The notes under the pieces: generated by a model
Database searches by the model: none
Told to the model about the DNA's origin: nothing
The model's input: only the letters and a program-made list of their open reading frames with translations
Shown here: piece after piece, positions 48,470-61,909 of the stretch
How positions within the stretch are numbered: position 1 is the first letter of the stretch
Layout: each line of letters starts with the position of its first letter
Source: Glaucostegus cemiculus
Lineage: Eukaryota
Direction of reading: 5' to 3'
Assembly (NCBI GenBank): GCA_976551045.1
Contig: CDPCPM010000207.1
Location: forward strand, 5,518,001 to 5,582,000
Length of the DNA stretch: 64,000 bases
Translations under genes and position numbers: made by a program

Positions 48470-48996
48470 GCTGGACAGAAGTCCCTCCAGAGGATAGTGA
48501 GGGCAGCAGAGAAGATCACTGGTGTCTCTCTTCCCTCCATCGCTGACATATACAAGGTATTAGGAAGGCCAAAAATATAATGTCGGATCCTTCTCACCCC
48601 TCCCATCATCTCTTCACACTCTTGCCGTCTGGAAGAATGCTCAAATGCATCAAGGCGAGAATGACCAGGCTGTGCAATAGCTTCTTCCCGCAAGCCATCA
48701 GATCAGTGAACTCTCTCATTCCTCCATCTATCCTGCCAACACTAAAGGATGCTAGACGCTCAGAAACGCACCAGCACTTTAAATGTCCACCGCCAGTTCG
48801 CTCATTTTAAAACTATTTATTTAAGCTGCAGAATTTAACTTAATTTTCGTGGTTTTAATGTTCTTTTTCAGTGTGTGTCTGTGTGTCTCTTCTGTTTAAT
48901 ATTTAATGTGACATGTACCTGTGGAGGACGGTATCTCGCTCCTGTGCACACTGTGTGTGTGTGTATGGTTGTGACAATAAAACTGATTCTGATTCT
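48470..48996 (+). mobile_element. Rex1/Babar-type LINE 3' fragment
   Basis: DPSHPSHHLFTLLPSGRMLKCIKARMTRLCNSFFPQAIR; tail GACAATAAAACTGATTCTGATTCT. Confidence 0.92.
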
Positions 48997-50740
48997 TTTT
49001 TAACCCTTGTTCTTGACTAAACCCACTCAGCTGCAAAATCATAGGGTGGGTGTTCTTACAATGAGTAAGCAAGACATTTATGGACAAAGTTTATTTGGAA
49101 TTCATAGGGAAAATGATGTACTAGTGGCAAATAATGACATTAGTTTCACATGATATTTTTCATGTGTGTTATTGAATAGCTGCCATAGTCAGAAGGTAAA
49201 TCAACAAAGAACCAGCCTTCAAACTACTTCCAAATATAACTTATAAGCAGTAAACAGTTTTGAAATAACAAAGACAACTGCATAATGAAAACACTGCTGT
49301 CTGTGAAAGGAGTAGGCTACCAGCTCACAGTTAATAACTGCATTTTAGAAACTGGCAAGTCAATCTCAACAGATATCTGCATAAAGATAATCTGTTTAAA
49401 TAATGTGACAACTATCAGTAACACGAAAGAAATACATGAAGTTCAAGGCATTAGAACCAGGCATTAGTACTGAGACACCGTGAGCTTTGAACCTAATTTA
49501 CACCATTATAAAATAGACAAGACAGAAAGTATAGATCTTGTTCTTTTTTACAACAGACTCTTGGGTAATTCAGAATTACAAATCATGTTCTGAACTGGAA
49601 AATAAAGAGCAAGCAAATATTCCATAGAACAAGTTCCGTGCTGGCCATCTTTCCCAGCACTCCCTTTTCCTTTGGGAGATATATTACAACAAAAGAACAT
49701 ACAAGCCACTTGTACATTGACAAATGCAAGATTGAAAACTTTCTCCCAATAAAGATAAAATGATATAGATTACATTGTCCTTAACCAATGACTGAAATGG
49801 GTGAGCAGAAACATATATTAAAATCAAAAGCATAAATGTAAATCATAAACATATAATAGTCACATTATATGTTTTTGTGTTTTCATGTGTTTCACCACTC
49901 CTCTTGTAGGCTTCTTAGAAATGAGAAATATTAATTGTGTCGCTATTTAAAAGGGTGCAATTCATGACATGGGTTGAATGTGACTCAGGAGTAGGTGTAT
50001 GATTATGAATTGGAGGAAAAGAAGTCAATAAACAAAGTTTGTCAGTGCTTTCTTAAACAAAATGAGTTCAGGGGTTGGAAGCATGAAATTCTCTGCTTTC
50101 ACCATCGATTAGAAGGATCTGGGGCTGCTTTAAGCAGTATATTACAATGGCAGCCAAGGGGCTAAAATATAAAAGTGATGATGTTGTGGTGCATGGGCAG
50201 CTGATTAATCTGGCCGATGGTCTGGAATAAAGAGGGAGAGAAACAGAAAAAGAGAAAGAAATCAACAGCACAGAAGGGATTAAAAATCTGACATATAATT
50301 TCAGAATTAATAACGTGGAGTTACCATTCAGTGTTTATCAATGGCATTGGCTTTGAGCACTAGAATTTTACCAAGCCACAATATTTTTTAACCAGTTTAA
50401 CATTTAAGGAAAACAGCATTTGTGTAAATACATACTTGGAAGTTGGGGTAATACATTAAGAATCTTCATGCACATGTTTTGTTCTTTCAAGTCAGACTCA
50501 AGGCCAACATTAATTGCCCATCCATATTTGCTCCTGAACTCATTGCCTTGTTAGACAAATCACAAGGCAGCTTAGAGTTGATCACATTGATATGGATCTG
50601 GAATCCCATAAAAGCCCAGTCAAGTTAGCTCACAAGAAAATAGGAGCAGGAGTAGGCCATCTGGGTCCTCAGACCTAACTGGCCATTCAATATGATCATG
50701 GCCAATCTGCTCAAAGCTTCTTCTGTGCCAGTTCCCTATA

Positions 50741-51137
50741 GGTATTGGTATATTATTGTCACTTGTACCAAGGTACAGTGAGAAACTTGTCTTGCAAACC
50801 AATTGTACAGGTCAGTTCGTTACACAGTGCAGTTACATTGAGTTAGTACAGAGTGCATTGAGGGAGTATAGGTAAAAACAATAACAGTACAGAGTAAAGT
50901 GTCACAGCTACAGAGAAAGTGCAGTGCAATAAGGTGCAAGGTCACAACAAGATAGATTGTGAAGTTGTAGTCCATCTCATTGTATGGGGAACCGTACAAT
51001 AGCCTTATCACAGTGGGGTAGAAGCTGTCCTTAAATCTGGTGGTACGTGCCCTCAAGCTCCTGTATCTTCTACCTGATGGAAGAGGGGAAAAGAGTGTAT
51101 GTCCTGGGTGGGTGTGTCTTTGATTATACTGGCTGCT
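50741..51137 (-). mobile_element. Rex1/Babar-type LINE 3' fragment (second family), nested in a CR1 tail and an old SINE
   Basis: HPGHTLFSPLPSGRRYRSLRARTTRFKDSFYPTVIRLL; the old SINE at ~50490-50620 resumes at ~51170. Confidence 0.9.
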
Positions 51138-52979
51138 ATTGCCCGGAATTCTCTGATTTTTCTAAAGGAAAGCATATTTCTTTCAGTAAAGGACATTAGT
51201 GAATTAGACAGGGTTTTTAAAATGATCACTATTACTGATAATAAACATTTGCAAGAGTATTAAATTGACTGAATTTAAATTGCACAGATACCTCAATCCT
51301 ATCTCCCCACTGTATGTCTAATTATCTCTTGACCCAATCTATACTGTTTGATTTATACTGTAAGATTTGAAATTTGTGTTTCTAGATCATTAATCCAAAT
51401 GTCCTAATTATTTAAATTAAGTGATTACATTAAAACCATAGGGAATGCTAAAATCTGACCCGGTAACCCCACTGTGTGGCATTGACTAGCAAGTTGATTG
51501 TGGGAACAAATAGATGTTTTCTTTGTTGGTTTGGACTGCATGAGGCCCGGATATTGGCAGCCAGTTGTACCCGTGCAAAACAAGGCAGTTTGTAGACTTG
51601 GAGAATAAGTCAAAGGGGAAGGAAGTTGAAATAGTATAAACTGGGTCAAGAGGTAATTAGACATACAGTAGGGAGATAGGATTGAGGCTGGGAATGTGAG
51701 CTTAATTGAGCCAAATGCCCATTTGCTCTTGTGGAATACTCTTCCATACATATATAACATATGCAGGGTGTCAACTTAAGCTTGATATCCACATCAATGC
51801 TGGTGTGACACTAATGGTCCCTGATTGCACTGTAACACAATATATTATGTTATAAATAGCAGAGCATTACTTAATGGAAAGCACTTAAATCTCCAAGACC
51901 AGGGGTAATGCCGATCTCAGCACTCTGTGGGTTGAATCTGCTATCTTTCTGCATTTAACTGAATGACATTCACAACCCCTTCTCAGGGAGTGTCTGTTTT
52001 ACTTTTATTCAAAGAAGCAAAGTGCCTTATAAATATACTTGTGTTGAAGAGCCCCTGTCCTTCAGGGGCCAAGCACTTTTTAAACTGCATTCTTCCTTGG
52101 TGCTTTTTGCTGAAGCACTTAATAAATTGTGACTCAAACGGCTGTCTCGCTTCCCACTGCTCTGCGATGACCCACATAGGTAAGAGGAATTCAGATGAAG
52201 CTGTCATGCAGGGACTGAAGGCCAAACACAAGCATTGATCACGTGGGTGGGTGAAAGAAGCACAGTCTTTCTGACCAAGTGCCAGTTGTTCATTCAGGCA
52301 AATGTAGAACATAACTTCAGAATAAGATTAGGACGTAGGAACAGAAATGGAAATAAGGGCAAAGTAAATGGAAAACAGATTGTAGATAAAATTCTTTCAC
52401 TTAAGGCTTGCAGTAGAACTAAAAGGACATCGGGTTATTCAAAGTACAAATGACATCATCATGGTTGAGTTAATGTAGCAGAACGGTGAGTTAAACTAGG
52501 CTGTCCTTTCACTCCTTTACACAGAAAGATTTATCCATCATTTGCATTCTGTTCAGGTGAACACATGAAGAAAAGAAGGAGCCATGACCATCAAGCCCAT
52601 ATTTTGTTATCATCAGTTAGACAGTAAACCATTTCTGTCCCCCTGCAACCCCTCTCTATCTCTTGTTCAAATTAATATTCTTGCAAGAAACAAAAGCACA
52701 GAACTTCCTTTGGCAATTTCAGAAAATACTTAAGCAAACTCCTAGAAGCTGTGCTTACCCATGATGTATCATGTGACTTATTTAATTAACCACCACTTCA
52801 TAACATTTTCAGTGGGCTTCAGAAGACATCATACTGTACACTCTCCAGGAGCAAACCTATCCATTGCACTGCTCCCAAAGGTAACAGATTTCCTACATTA
52901 CTTGTCTCTCACACTCACATTATTTTCCACAGACAAGATGGAATTTAGACCACATCAGAGGAGTAATGAGTCCTGTCCA

Positions 52980-53386
52980 TGTCACAATGTTGACTGAAGA
53001 GCAAGCTCACAGAGAACCCAAATGCAGCACACTGGTACAAGACTGGAGTCAGGATACTTCCTCAGGACTGGACACAGGCAACACTGGAAGGAATCTTGCC
53101 TCAGAGATCTGAGTAGTAATCCCAACACAAACGGAATCTTCAAGCAGAACTAGAGAACACAGGACTGCTCGAGAGTAGACCAGTCTAAGCATCTGGGAGC
53201 CAAAGTAAACCCAAACGTTGACCAATCTTCTGGCCACTAGTGCTACAGAAACCCGGGTACTCATGCTAGGCCCCTGATGGGGCTCAGGTGTGTGTCATTG
53301 TGCAATCAGTCCAGCATGGAATCCATGTGCTGTACAACGAGGCATCCAAGGAACCAAATCAAGGGCCAGTACTCAGAATCATGACA
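52980..53386 (-). mobile_element. Solo LTR (Gypsy-like), 407 bp
   Basis: TGTCA...TGACA termini; exact 5-bp TSD GTCCA (52975-52979, 53387-53391); TGCATTTGGGT near the minus-strand 3' end. Confidence 0.85.
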
Positions 53387-54629
53387 GTCCAAAGTAGCAA
53401 GCCTTCAGTAAAGGCAATGATTAGGAGACAAACCTCCTTTCCCCATGGGATGGCGTAATTGTGGAACAGTTTAAAGGGTAAGGGAGCTAATTTGAAGTTG
53501 TGCATCTACTAAAAGGTTATTTCATCAATCTCCTGAAATGTATTAAATCCTCATGAGTCTTCTAGATATGAAGGCATAGATTAATTATATACTTTTTTTT
53601 TGTCTCACACACACACACACAAGATTGATATCCCCATCATGAATCTTACATACTTAGTCAATCTCTTTTTACAGTCTTGATACAATCTACCCTGCTACAG
53701 GCTCCATCCAGCCACATAAGTCTGTCTACAGCTCATGTACAAAGTGGGTTCTGTTTCATTTGATCCCTTGAGGAAAGGTTCTGCAGTTTCTTCCTGTTCC
53801 AGGAAGAGAAGTTTAATCTAACCTCCAGAATCTCCTGTCTTTTCTAATCCACCAACATTCATCCTTGACTGGTTTGTGACCCTGGACTAATCTTTCCATA
53901 ATCCCATCAGTACAGGAACCATCATTAAACACCCAAAATGAGAAATGATCATTCTGTACATCACTCCTATTCTATCCACAGTTACATTGTAGTTATAGAT
54001 ATCCCTTCTATACACCATTATAGTTGACACTAACCAAGTTCCTTTCCTCATTTCCTTTGTAAAAACAATTGAACATGGTGTTATCAATTCCTCACTAGCT
54101 CTCAATGCTCCTTCTCAGCAGAGATGGATCCAATACCTTTTCAAGGTATGCTTTGATCTTGAATCATCTTTCTAGTTTGTTATAAGGCAGACTTAATTTT
54201 TGTCTCTGAAATTATGTGAGGATTATTCTTAAGCACAGACAACCTACACTCCAACATTCATGCTCCAAGTTCAGCGTGGCATTGTCTATTCCTCAGTTTA
54301 ACCAGCCAGAGGTGTAAAACATGCCCTATCTTTTTGCAGTAAAAATGAGCGTGGGTGTTTAAGAACTGAGTGGCCCACATGGTATGATCTCGGTACGTTG
54401 TCCTCACAGCCACTGCTGGTTAGTTTGAGAATGGCTGCCTCCGGTAAAGGATATTCCGTTGTTAATTCTGTCTGGCATAAATAATAGTACTTGCAACCAC
54501 AGACACTACACTTTTGTTGAGAGATTTTAAGTAGCTGGCTGTCTCCTCAGAGAAATGTAATTGTGTTGTGTGATTTTGTTGAGTAAGTGCCTTATGTCAG
54601 CCATTCTAATGCAAACTAACAGATTTTGT

Positions 54630-54920
54630 TGGCCACTGCTATCAGACTTCTGAACAAATTACTTCTTTCACATCCCCTTCTGGGTGGTGCAGTCAGGTTT
54701 CTAAAACTCTTAATTCTCCCTCTTCTGTTATAGTCAGCATTTCTTTTTGCACAACCTCAGTTTGCACTACTATACTTTGCACCATTCATTTGATTTGTGC
54801 TCCTCGCTGTATTTATTGTTGCATTTATTATTTACTACCATGTATACTGTTTATTCTGAGCAAGAAATTTCATTGCACTCTGGTGTATATGACAATAAAC
54901 TATACTAACTAACTAACTAG
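54630..54920 (+). mobile_element. Rex1-type LINE 3' UTR remnant
   Basis: TAIRLLN end; GAAATTTCATTGCAC...ATGACAATAAAC followed by (AACT)n. Confidence 0.6.
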
Positions 54921-54959
54921 AATTCTGGGATTCATTGCAGACAGTGGAAATGGTTGCAT

Positions 54960-55500
54960 ATGTCCAGGGACTTTGTTTAAGAAGAGCTGCAAAGAAAAAC
55001 CTGGGAACTATAGACCAGGAAGCCTGACATCTGTGGTAGGTAAGTTACTAGAGGGGGTTCTGAGGGGTAAGATATGCATGCATTTGGAAAGGCAAAGGTT
55101 GATTGGGGCTAGCTGTCCCGGCTTTGTTGAGTGGGAGATCATGTCTCATGAATTTGACTGAGTTTTTTGAAAAAGTAACCAAGAAGATGGATGAGGGCAG
55201 GGCTGTAGAAGTTTATATGGACTTCACTAAGGCCTTTGATGAGGTTCCAAGTGGCAGGCTGCTATGGAAAGTTAAGATGCCATGAGGTCCAGGGAGAGCT
55301 CGCTAACTGGATACAAAATTACCTTGATGGTAGGAAGCAGAGGGTGATGGTGGAAGGTTGTTTTTCAGACTGGAGACCCATGACTAGTGGTGTGCCCCAG
55401 GGGTCGGTGCTAGGCCCATCGCTATCCCTAGCTTTGATGGGAATCCTGGTCAGTATGGACATGTTTGACCAAAGGACCCATTCCTGTGCTGTGTGACTTC
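54960..55500 (+). mobile_element. CR1 RT N-terminal fragment joined to a 3' tail
   Basis: LFKK...PGNYRP.SLTSVVGKLLE; RSCLMNL.EFFE; YMDFTKAFD; SGVPQGSVLGP. Confidence 0.92.
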
Positions 55501-56156
55501 AGGTGGGGTATGTTACAGAATACGCACAGGACTGGGGCACATTTACACCAGCATTAGTGTACAGCGATGAACAGAGAAGGGGGAAATTCAAGTGGGACAC
55601 AGTTGTGTAACTCTGGAAAAGAAAAAGCAACAGCAGATGGCTGAGTTGTTATTGGTGTAACATTAAACTGATCCAGCCAGTTGTTGTTGTGTAGTGCAAT
55701 CTGTTGAACAGTAGTCTAATCCCATCACATGGGAGCTTGAATATTAGTCAGGTCCTGTTAACCTTGAAACTGATCTCAAAGTGCTCAACCCTGCATGGTT
55801 TTTGTGAAAGATAACTAAAATGAGATTATTGCTGTACCTGCAATAATAGTACCTGTGATATTTGATCATAGCACTAAAATCCACAGTAATTTGAAGAGCA
55901 AGGCTTTCAAGATCTTGGGTTATGATGACCGCATTTTTAAAGGAACATGATTTCTATATTTACCATTCTCTGCCTCTCAATCGCAGAAATTTAATTGCTT
56001 CCTGATTTTCTCATTTATCTGCCATTCTTCTTAAGTTAACTCTTGAGTTTTAACAGGATATTTGATGGTTGATGGTATTGCATGCAAGTTTAGGATGTTC
56101 TCAATCATATCTATCTTCTTAGGTAGTCTCTTGGGTGAGAACTTGACATTGGGTCA

Positions 56157-57082
56157 TGGAGAGAGACAGCACAAAACAGACAATGGTCCATCGAGTCTGC
56201 ACCGACCATCAGCCATCCATTTTACATCAATGCTCTGCTAATCCCCCCACATTCTCATTAACTTACCTCAATTCTACCACTCACCTACACACCAGGGGAA
56301 GTTTACAGTGGCCAGTTAACCCACATATCATTGGTCAGGATATTGAGTACAAGATTTGGAAGTGTCTTGCTACAGCTGGGTAAGATGTTGGTAAGACCAC
56401 ATTTGGAGTACTGCATCCATTTTGCTCAGCCTGCTGTACGGAGGACATCATTAAACTGGAAAGGATACAAGAAAGGTTTCCGAGGATGTTACTGGGACTG
56501 GAAGGTTTGAGTTACAAGGAAAGGCTGGATAGGCTAACACTTTTTCCCCCTGGAGGACAGGAGCTGAGGGGTGACCTGACAGAAGTTTATAAAATCATGA
56601 GGAACATGGGTAAGGTGAATATCCAGTCTTTTCCCCAGGACAGGGGAGACCAAACCTACAGGGCATAGGTTTACGGTGAGAGGGGAAAGAATTATAAGGG
56701 ACCTGAGGGGTAACTCTTTCCACACAGAGGGTGGTGCGTTTATGGAATGAGCTGCCAGAGGAAGCAATGGAGGCAGGTACAATTATGACATTTACCAGAC
56801 ATCTGGACAGCGACATGGATAGGAGAGGTTTGGAGGGATACGGGCCAAACACAGGCACTAGCTCGGTTAGGAAACTTGGACGGCATGGACATGTTGGGCC
56901 GAAGGGCCTTTTTTCCATGCTGTAGAGCTCTATGATTCTATGTCAGAGGAAACTGGAACACCGGGAGGAAATCCCTGAACTTAAAGGGAGAATATACACA
57001 CTCCACCCAGATGGCACCCAAGTCGGGATTGAACCCAGGTCTCCGGGTTGTGAGGCAATGGCTCCACTTGCTGTGCCACTGC
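56157..57082 (-). mobile_element. V-SINE split by a CR1 insertion (3' part ~56157-56328, 5' part ~56943-57082)
   Basis: GAGGAAACTGGAACACCGGGAGGAAA V core and GGATTGAACCC B box (reverse complements). Confidence 0.7.
56329..56942 (+). mobile_element. CR1 3' fragment
   Basis: GLSYKERLDRL...LRGDLTEVYKIM; VVRLWNELPEE; TTGGGCCGAAGGGCCT tail. Confidence 0.92.
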
Positions 57083-58029
57083 TTCCAGGTTATATCTATA
57101 GGTGCTCTTAGCTACACAATTAGCACCTCCTACAGGCGTTTATTTGCAGGTGTCATTAGGTGAAATGTGTGATAACTTTCCTGCAGCCTCTTCAACTATC
57201 AGGGTTAATTTTCAGAACTATCTGCAGTGGTTAAGTTAATGGAAATGTTTTTAAAGCCAGTTACTAAAACAAATCTGAAATAAAACATTAGTATCAGTAA
57301 CCATGGCTGTGGAAATCAGCATCAAAAACTATTCAGGTAGAAATCTGCCTCCCTCACTCAGTCTGGTGTACGTGTGTATCTCTGGACCCACGATGTGGTT
57401 GACTCGTAATTTTTCTCCAAAATAGCCTATTTGGCAAATGAAAACAACTGCTGCTCTAGCCAGCAAGTTCGTGAATTTCCCCCAACAACTGTGACATACC
57501 TTAGCACAAAATACAGTCTTTGTGGAAGAAAAATATTAATATCTGTAAAAGCTTTTCCTTTCACTGAAAATTTCATCCTGTAAAGTTTTTATTGAAAATA
57601 CAAGCACATTGAGATTACTAAAGGACATTTGCTCTGCACCCATTTTGTGAACTGGTATTTCTTTCTGTAAGAGTTTTTTTGGACAGAAAAGGGAGTGAAA
57701 GTGCTTTTAGCACAACAGATAATTGCTGAAGCTCCATTGTTCCCTCACCATTTGTATTCCACAGTGTTAATGACTCAGTCGACTTGGAAGCAATGGCATT
57801 GAGGAGCCATTAAAGGCATACGGTGAAGGGTTTGCAATGCCTTTGTTAGTCAAGGCTACTGCTTGTTGTAAAAGATCCCAGGGCATTAGACTCCAAACTT
57901 TTGCACCCAGTTAGAGTTTAAAGAGGATGTTAGGCTTTGGTTTAACTATTGCACCAATGGCTTTTGCTCCCAACACCTGTTCAGCTCAACATGAATTCGC
58001 CACACTCACTAAAGTAAGACTTACCTATT

Positions 58030-58880
58030 ATTCATGTGAGAGTCACTGACAAAGCAAGCATTTAATCCTCATACCCACCTACCACAGAGCAGATAGCAAT
58101 AAGCTAGCCAATAAACTGGCTTTAAATACATCTTGAACAGCTAAGTTCCTTATGTAAGAGCACTTGCACAGTACTGTAAAACTAGACCTATTGAGTAGCT
58201 TGCTAAGGCCACTTTAGAGTCAATCACTTTGCTGATTAAATCTGGAGTCAATTATAATCCTGGACAAGTTAAGGATGGTAGATCACTATCTCTAAGTTAT
58301 TTTGAATGGTAATATTGTACTTTCACGGCCAACATTAGTGATATTCAGTCCTGATTATTTAGTTAACAAAATTTACATTCTCCAGTTGCAGTGGGTGGGA
58401 TTTGAATGCATGCCTTTTAATCATTAGGTCAAGGTGCTGTGATTTAATCATTATGCACAATCTCCACATTATAAAACAAAATGTAGAGAGCCTAGAGACA
58501 GTGCTGAAAAATAACTGGAAATGTTTATATTAGAACTGAAAGATTGTATGTGTCAGGAAAGATTGAACTGCCTGGGTCTTTCCTCTTGACAAGAGACGAG
58601 TATCCTGAAAGAGGTCTTTAAAATAATAAAGTGGATCAAAGTGGAGGAGATAGTTCCACTGTGGAAGTCCAAATCTGAATATAGGTACTGTTCAAGGAAT
58701 TTGTGGGGGAAAAATCTTTATTCAGAAAATGCTGAGAACATAGAACTTGCTACCAGCTGGAATATTTAAGGTGAGTAGCACTGATGTATTTAAGAGGATG
58801 TTGGACAAATTTGAGGGAAGAATAAGATGATTGGTTGAGATGAATGAGAGTGAAAGGAGCTTCTCATGCAGCAAAAGCAT
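58030..58880. mobile_element. Old SINE (-, ~58030-58450) and old CR1 remnant (+, ~58530-58880)
   Basis: Similarity to 40675-40965 and degenerate CR1 C-terminal motifs. Confidence 0.5.
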
Positions 58881-59284
58881 AGATGATTCTGTCTGATTCA
58901 GTGCTGTAGATGCACTGTAAGTCGGTATATAACTGAGGTTATCCTTAGCTGTGTAAAGCCTGTGTGGCAAGATCTCAACAATTAGTGTGGGCAAATTGCT
59001 TGTATTGAAGAACCCAGCAGAACATTACACTGTGTACTTCAGACCAGAAGCTTGTATGCAAGTTACTGATGAATCTGCATGCTCTTGGGTGGTGCTGCTG
59101 CCTACAAGGTTAATAACCCAGGAAGAGCTACCAACAAAACATCCTTTCTTGAAGACAGTCAACTCCAGTGGCTAGTACTATAGTACTTTTCTTAAAGATA
59201 CATCATCCTTCTATGTACTGTTGTCACTGGTATTGACTTTTCAAATTATAATTTCACAGTGATATTCCATTAAATATGAGATCT

Positions 59285-60000
59285 TGAAAATATAAGAAAT
59301 AGAAGCAGCAGTAGCCTGAAGGTCCCTCAGGTCATCTCTGCATTCAATATCACTGCTGACTCTCTCTTCAATTTCTTGCCAATCCCCTTATTTATTGGTG
59401 TCCAAAAATCTATCAGTTATGGTCAAATAATACTTGATAAGTGAGTGCCCCAAATCTTTTGTGGTAGTGAGTTCCAGTGTTCCAATCCTCTGCTCACTTC
59501 AGTTTTGCCCCCCATCCATGATTTAGGTGTAAAGGAAATGGACAAAGGCAAAATGAGAAACGTTTGAAGTCTCAATTCAAGGCATTTTTAGGTGGTGGAA
59601 TTCCAGATATTGGGTCAAGGCTGCTGAAGGTGTTACCACTAATTATGTAATGAAGAGAGGGGGTGGGGGAGCAGAGAATTTAGGGCACAGGGTCAGGATA
59701 TTTGGAACAGGAAGGAAGTGATTGCAGTCATGAGACAGACCAACAAGGCAGGATTGATAGATGTGGGCAAGAGTTCTAATGCTTACATTTTGGCAGATGT
59801 TGTTCTTGGGGAGGTAGGAAGGGATTAGTGTGGGATGGAAGATGAGCAGTAGAATTTTGGATAGGGCTTGGGGGAGGATGGTTGGTTAAAATTGAGAAAT
59901 TGGAGTTGAGTCTGGAAGTGACAAGAGCATTTATTCTGGTTTCATTGATGGGGTAGCTGAGGTAGGAGAGGAAGTGGACACTGATGCAGAGGAGGGCTTT
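59285..60000 (-). mobile_element. CR1 tail remnant followed by an L2-like remnant
   Basis: ETRINALVTSRLN resembles the L2 motif LIHAFVTSRLDY. Confidence 0.5.
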
Positions 60001-60206
60001 CAAACTCCAGTTCCAAAAGGAAATCCAGTCAGCAAATGACCCGATTTACCTTGGCAGAAAAGCTGGTCAGCATTCTTAAATGAAGAAAGCAAATTGACTC
60101 TCATTCCAGAGATGTGTCATGGCGTAAACTCTATATATCACACATCAAATCTATTGACCATTATTCTGTACCATTGCACACAGCATCAAACTGCAACCTG
60201 ATGTTT

Positions 60207-61020
60207 CAGAATCAGAATCAGTTTTATTGTCACAACCATATACATACATAGTATGCATAGGAGCGAGATACCGTCCTCCTCAGGTGCTCGTCCCATTAAA
60301 TAACAAACAACAGAGACACACAGACACACTTAACAGAATAAACATTAAAAACTATGGAAGTTAAAATTAAATTAATACGCAGATTAAATTAAAAATGGCC
60401 GGTAAATAAATAAATAGTTATTAAAGTGAATGGGCTGGTGTCGGGCATTTAAAGTGCTGGTGCATTTCTGTGCACCTAGCATCTCTTAGTGTTAACAAAG
60501 GAAGATGGAGGGATGAGAGAGTTTGCAGTTCTGATGGCTTGCGGAAAGAAGCTATTGTTCAGCTTGGTCGTTCTTGCCCTGATACATTTGAGCCTCCTCC
60601 CTGATGGCAAAATTGTGAAGAGGTGATGGGAGGGGTGAGAAGGGTCGGCCATTATGCTTTTGGTCTTCCTCACACAACTGTCTTTGTATATGTCTGCGAG
60701 GGATGGAAGCGAGACACCTATGATCCTCTCCGCAGCCCTAACTATCTTCTGGAGGGACTTCCGCCCAGCAGCTGAGCAGCTTCCAAACCAAACAGTGATA
60801 CATTGGGTTAGGATGCTCTCAATGGTCCCTCTATAGAAGGTTTTCATGACGGAGGGATGGGAGTTTGCTTTCCTAATTCTCCGCAGGAAGTAGAGGCATT
60901 TCTGAGCTTTCTTCGTGAGGGCCGTAATGTTAGTGGACCAGGTCAGGTCGTGGGTGATGTGCACCCCCAGGAACTTGGTGCTGCGTACTTGTTCCACAGC
61001 AGACCCGTTGATGCACAGAA
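60207..61020 (-). mobile_element. Young 5'-truncated Rex1/Babar-type LINE
   Basis: Uninterrupted frame INGSAVEQVRSTKFLGVHITHDLTW...KKAQKCLYFLRR...ESILTQCITVWFG...PSGRR...NSFFPQAIR; (CTGATT)n tail. Confidence 0.95.
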
Positions 61021-61909
61021 TATTTAGCAGTGGCTTTTTTTTCCTCCCATCTGAAAGTGAGATGGTTCTAAATCTGTTTAATTGCTTTTTTGTTTGGGGG
61101 GGGGTGGGGAGTCTGTGCAAAGGTCCACAGTCTTGGGTACTCACCTCTTTCCTGAATGACCGCTTGCCTTTGATCCTGATTACTGTTATCTCTCGATTCC
61201 CAGAGAGCCACAGTGCATCGCCAGGGTCTGATAAAAGCAAACTTAGAGACTTGATTTCTAGTCTGAATATTTTTGTGGAAGAGGGAAATAAAGTGAAAAG
61301 TCCTAATTATTTTTTTGAAGTGAAATCCCTTTAATTTATTCACCTGAAATTGGAATGAATTGTGTGAGTCTGCAAACAGGCCCCCTCCTGTGGCTGAACA
61401 GTGTAAATGCACCTTTTGGTTAAATCATCAACATGACAGTTCTGCAGCTTAACATTTAATAAGGTTGGTAAATATATCCAACCTCAAAAGAAAAAGCTGA
61501 GATTCTGTATGCTGTCCCCATAAATTACCTGTTTCTCCTTTTCATCTGCGACATAATATTCAAAGATGCCTTTAAAATTTCAACCTGAGTTTGTTGTAAG
61601 ATTTGTGTCTTCAAGAGGGATTTGTTTGCAACCAGAGGTTTTTTTGCTCCTTTCCCTGTATACATTGCACCAGGCTATATCACATTTCTCCCCAGAATAG
61701 ACTGGGAAGGATATGGGGACAGGCGAGGGCTGTCAGCACTACTTCTGCAACTTTTTAAAAGCTTATGCAAGAATTATTTGAAGCTGTCAAAAATGCACTT
61801 TCATTGCTTTCCGATATTGCTGATTGCGTTGAAGAGTTTTGTGGAGTCATTAATGCAAAAGTCATCTTCAGGTGACTTGTTTTCTTCCAATTTCTTTCCT
61901 TTCTCAGAG

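Noticed and set aside
60476-61240. 254-aa ORF that could be mistaken for a host gene (DUF1891-like)
   Set aside because: It is the C-terminus of a Rex1-type RT. The first ~70 codons are flanking DNA read through the 5' truncation point.
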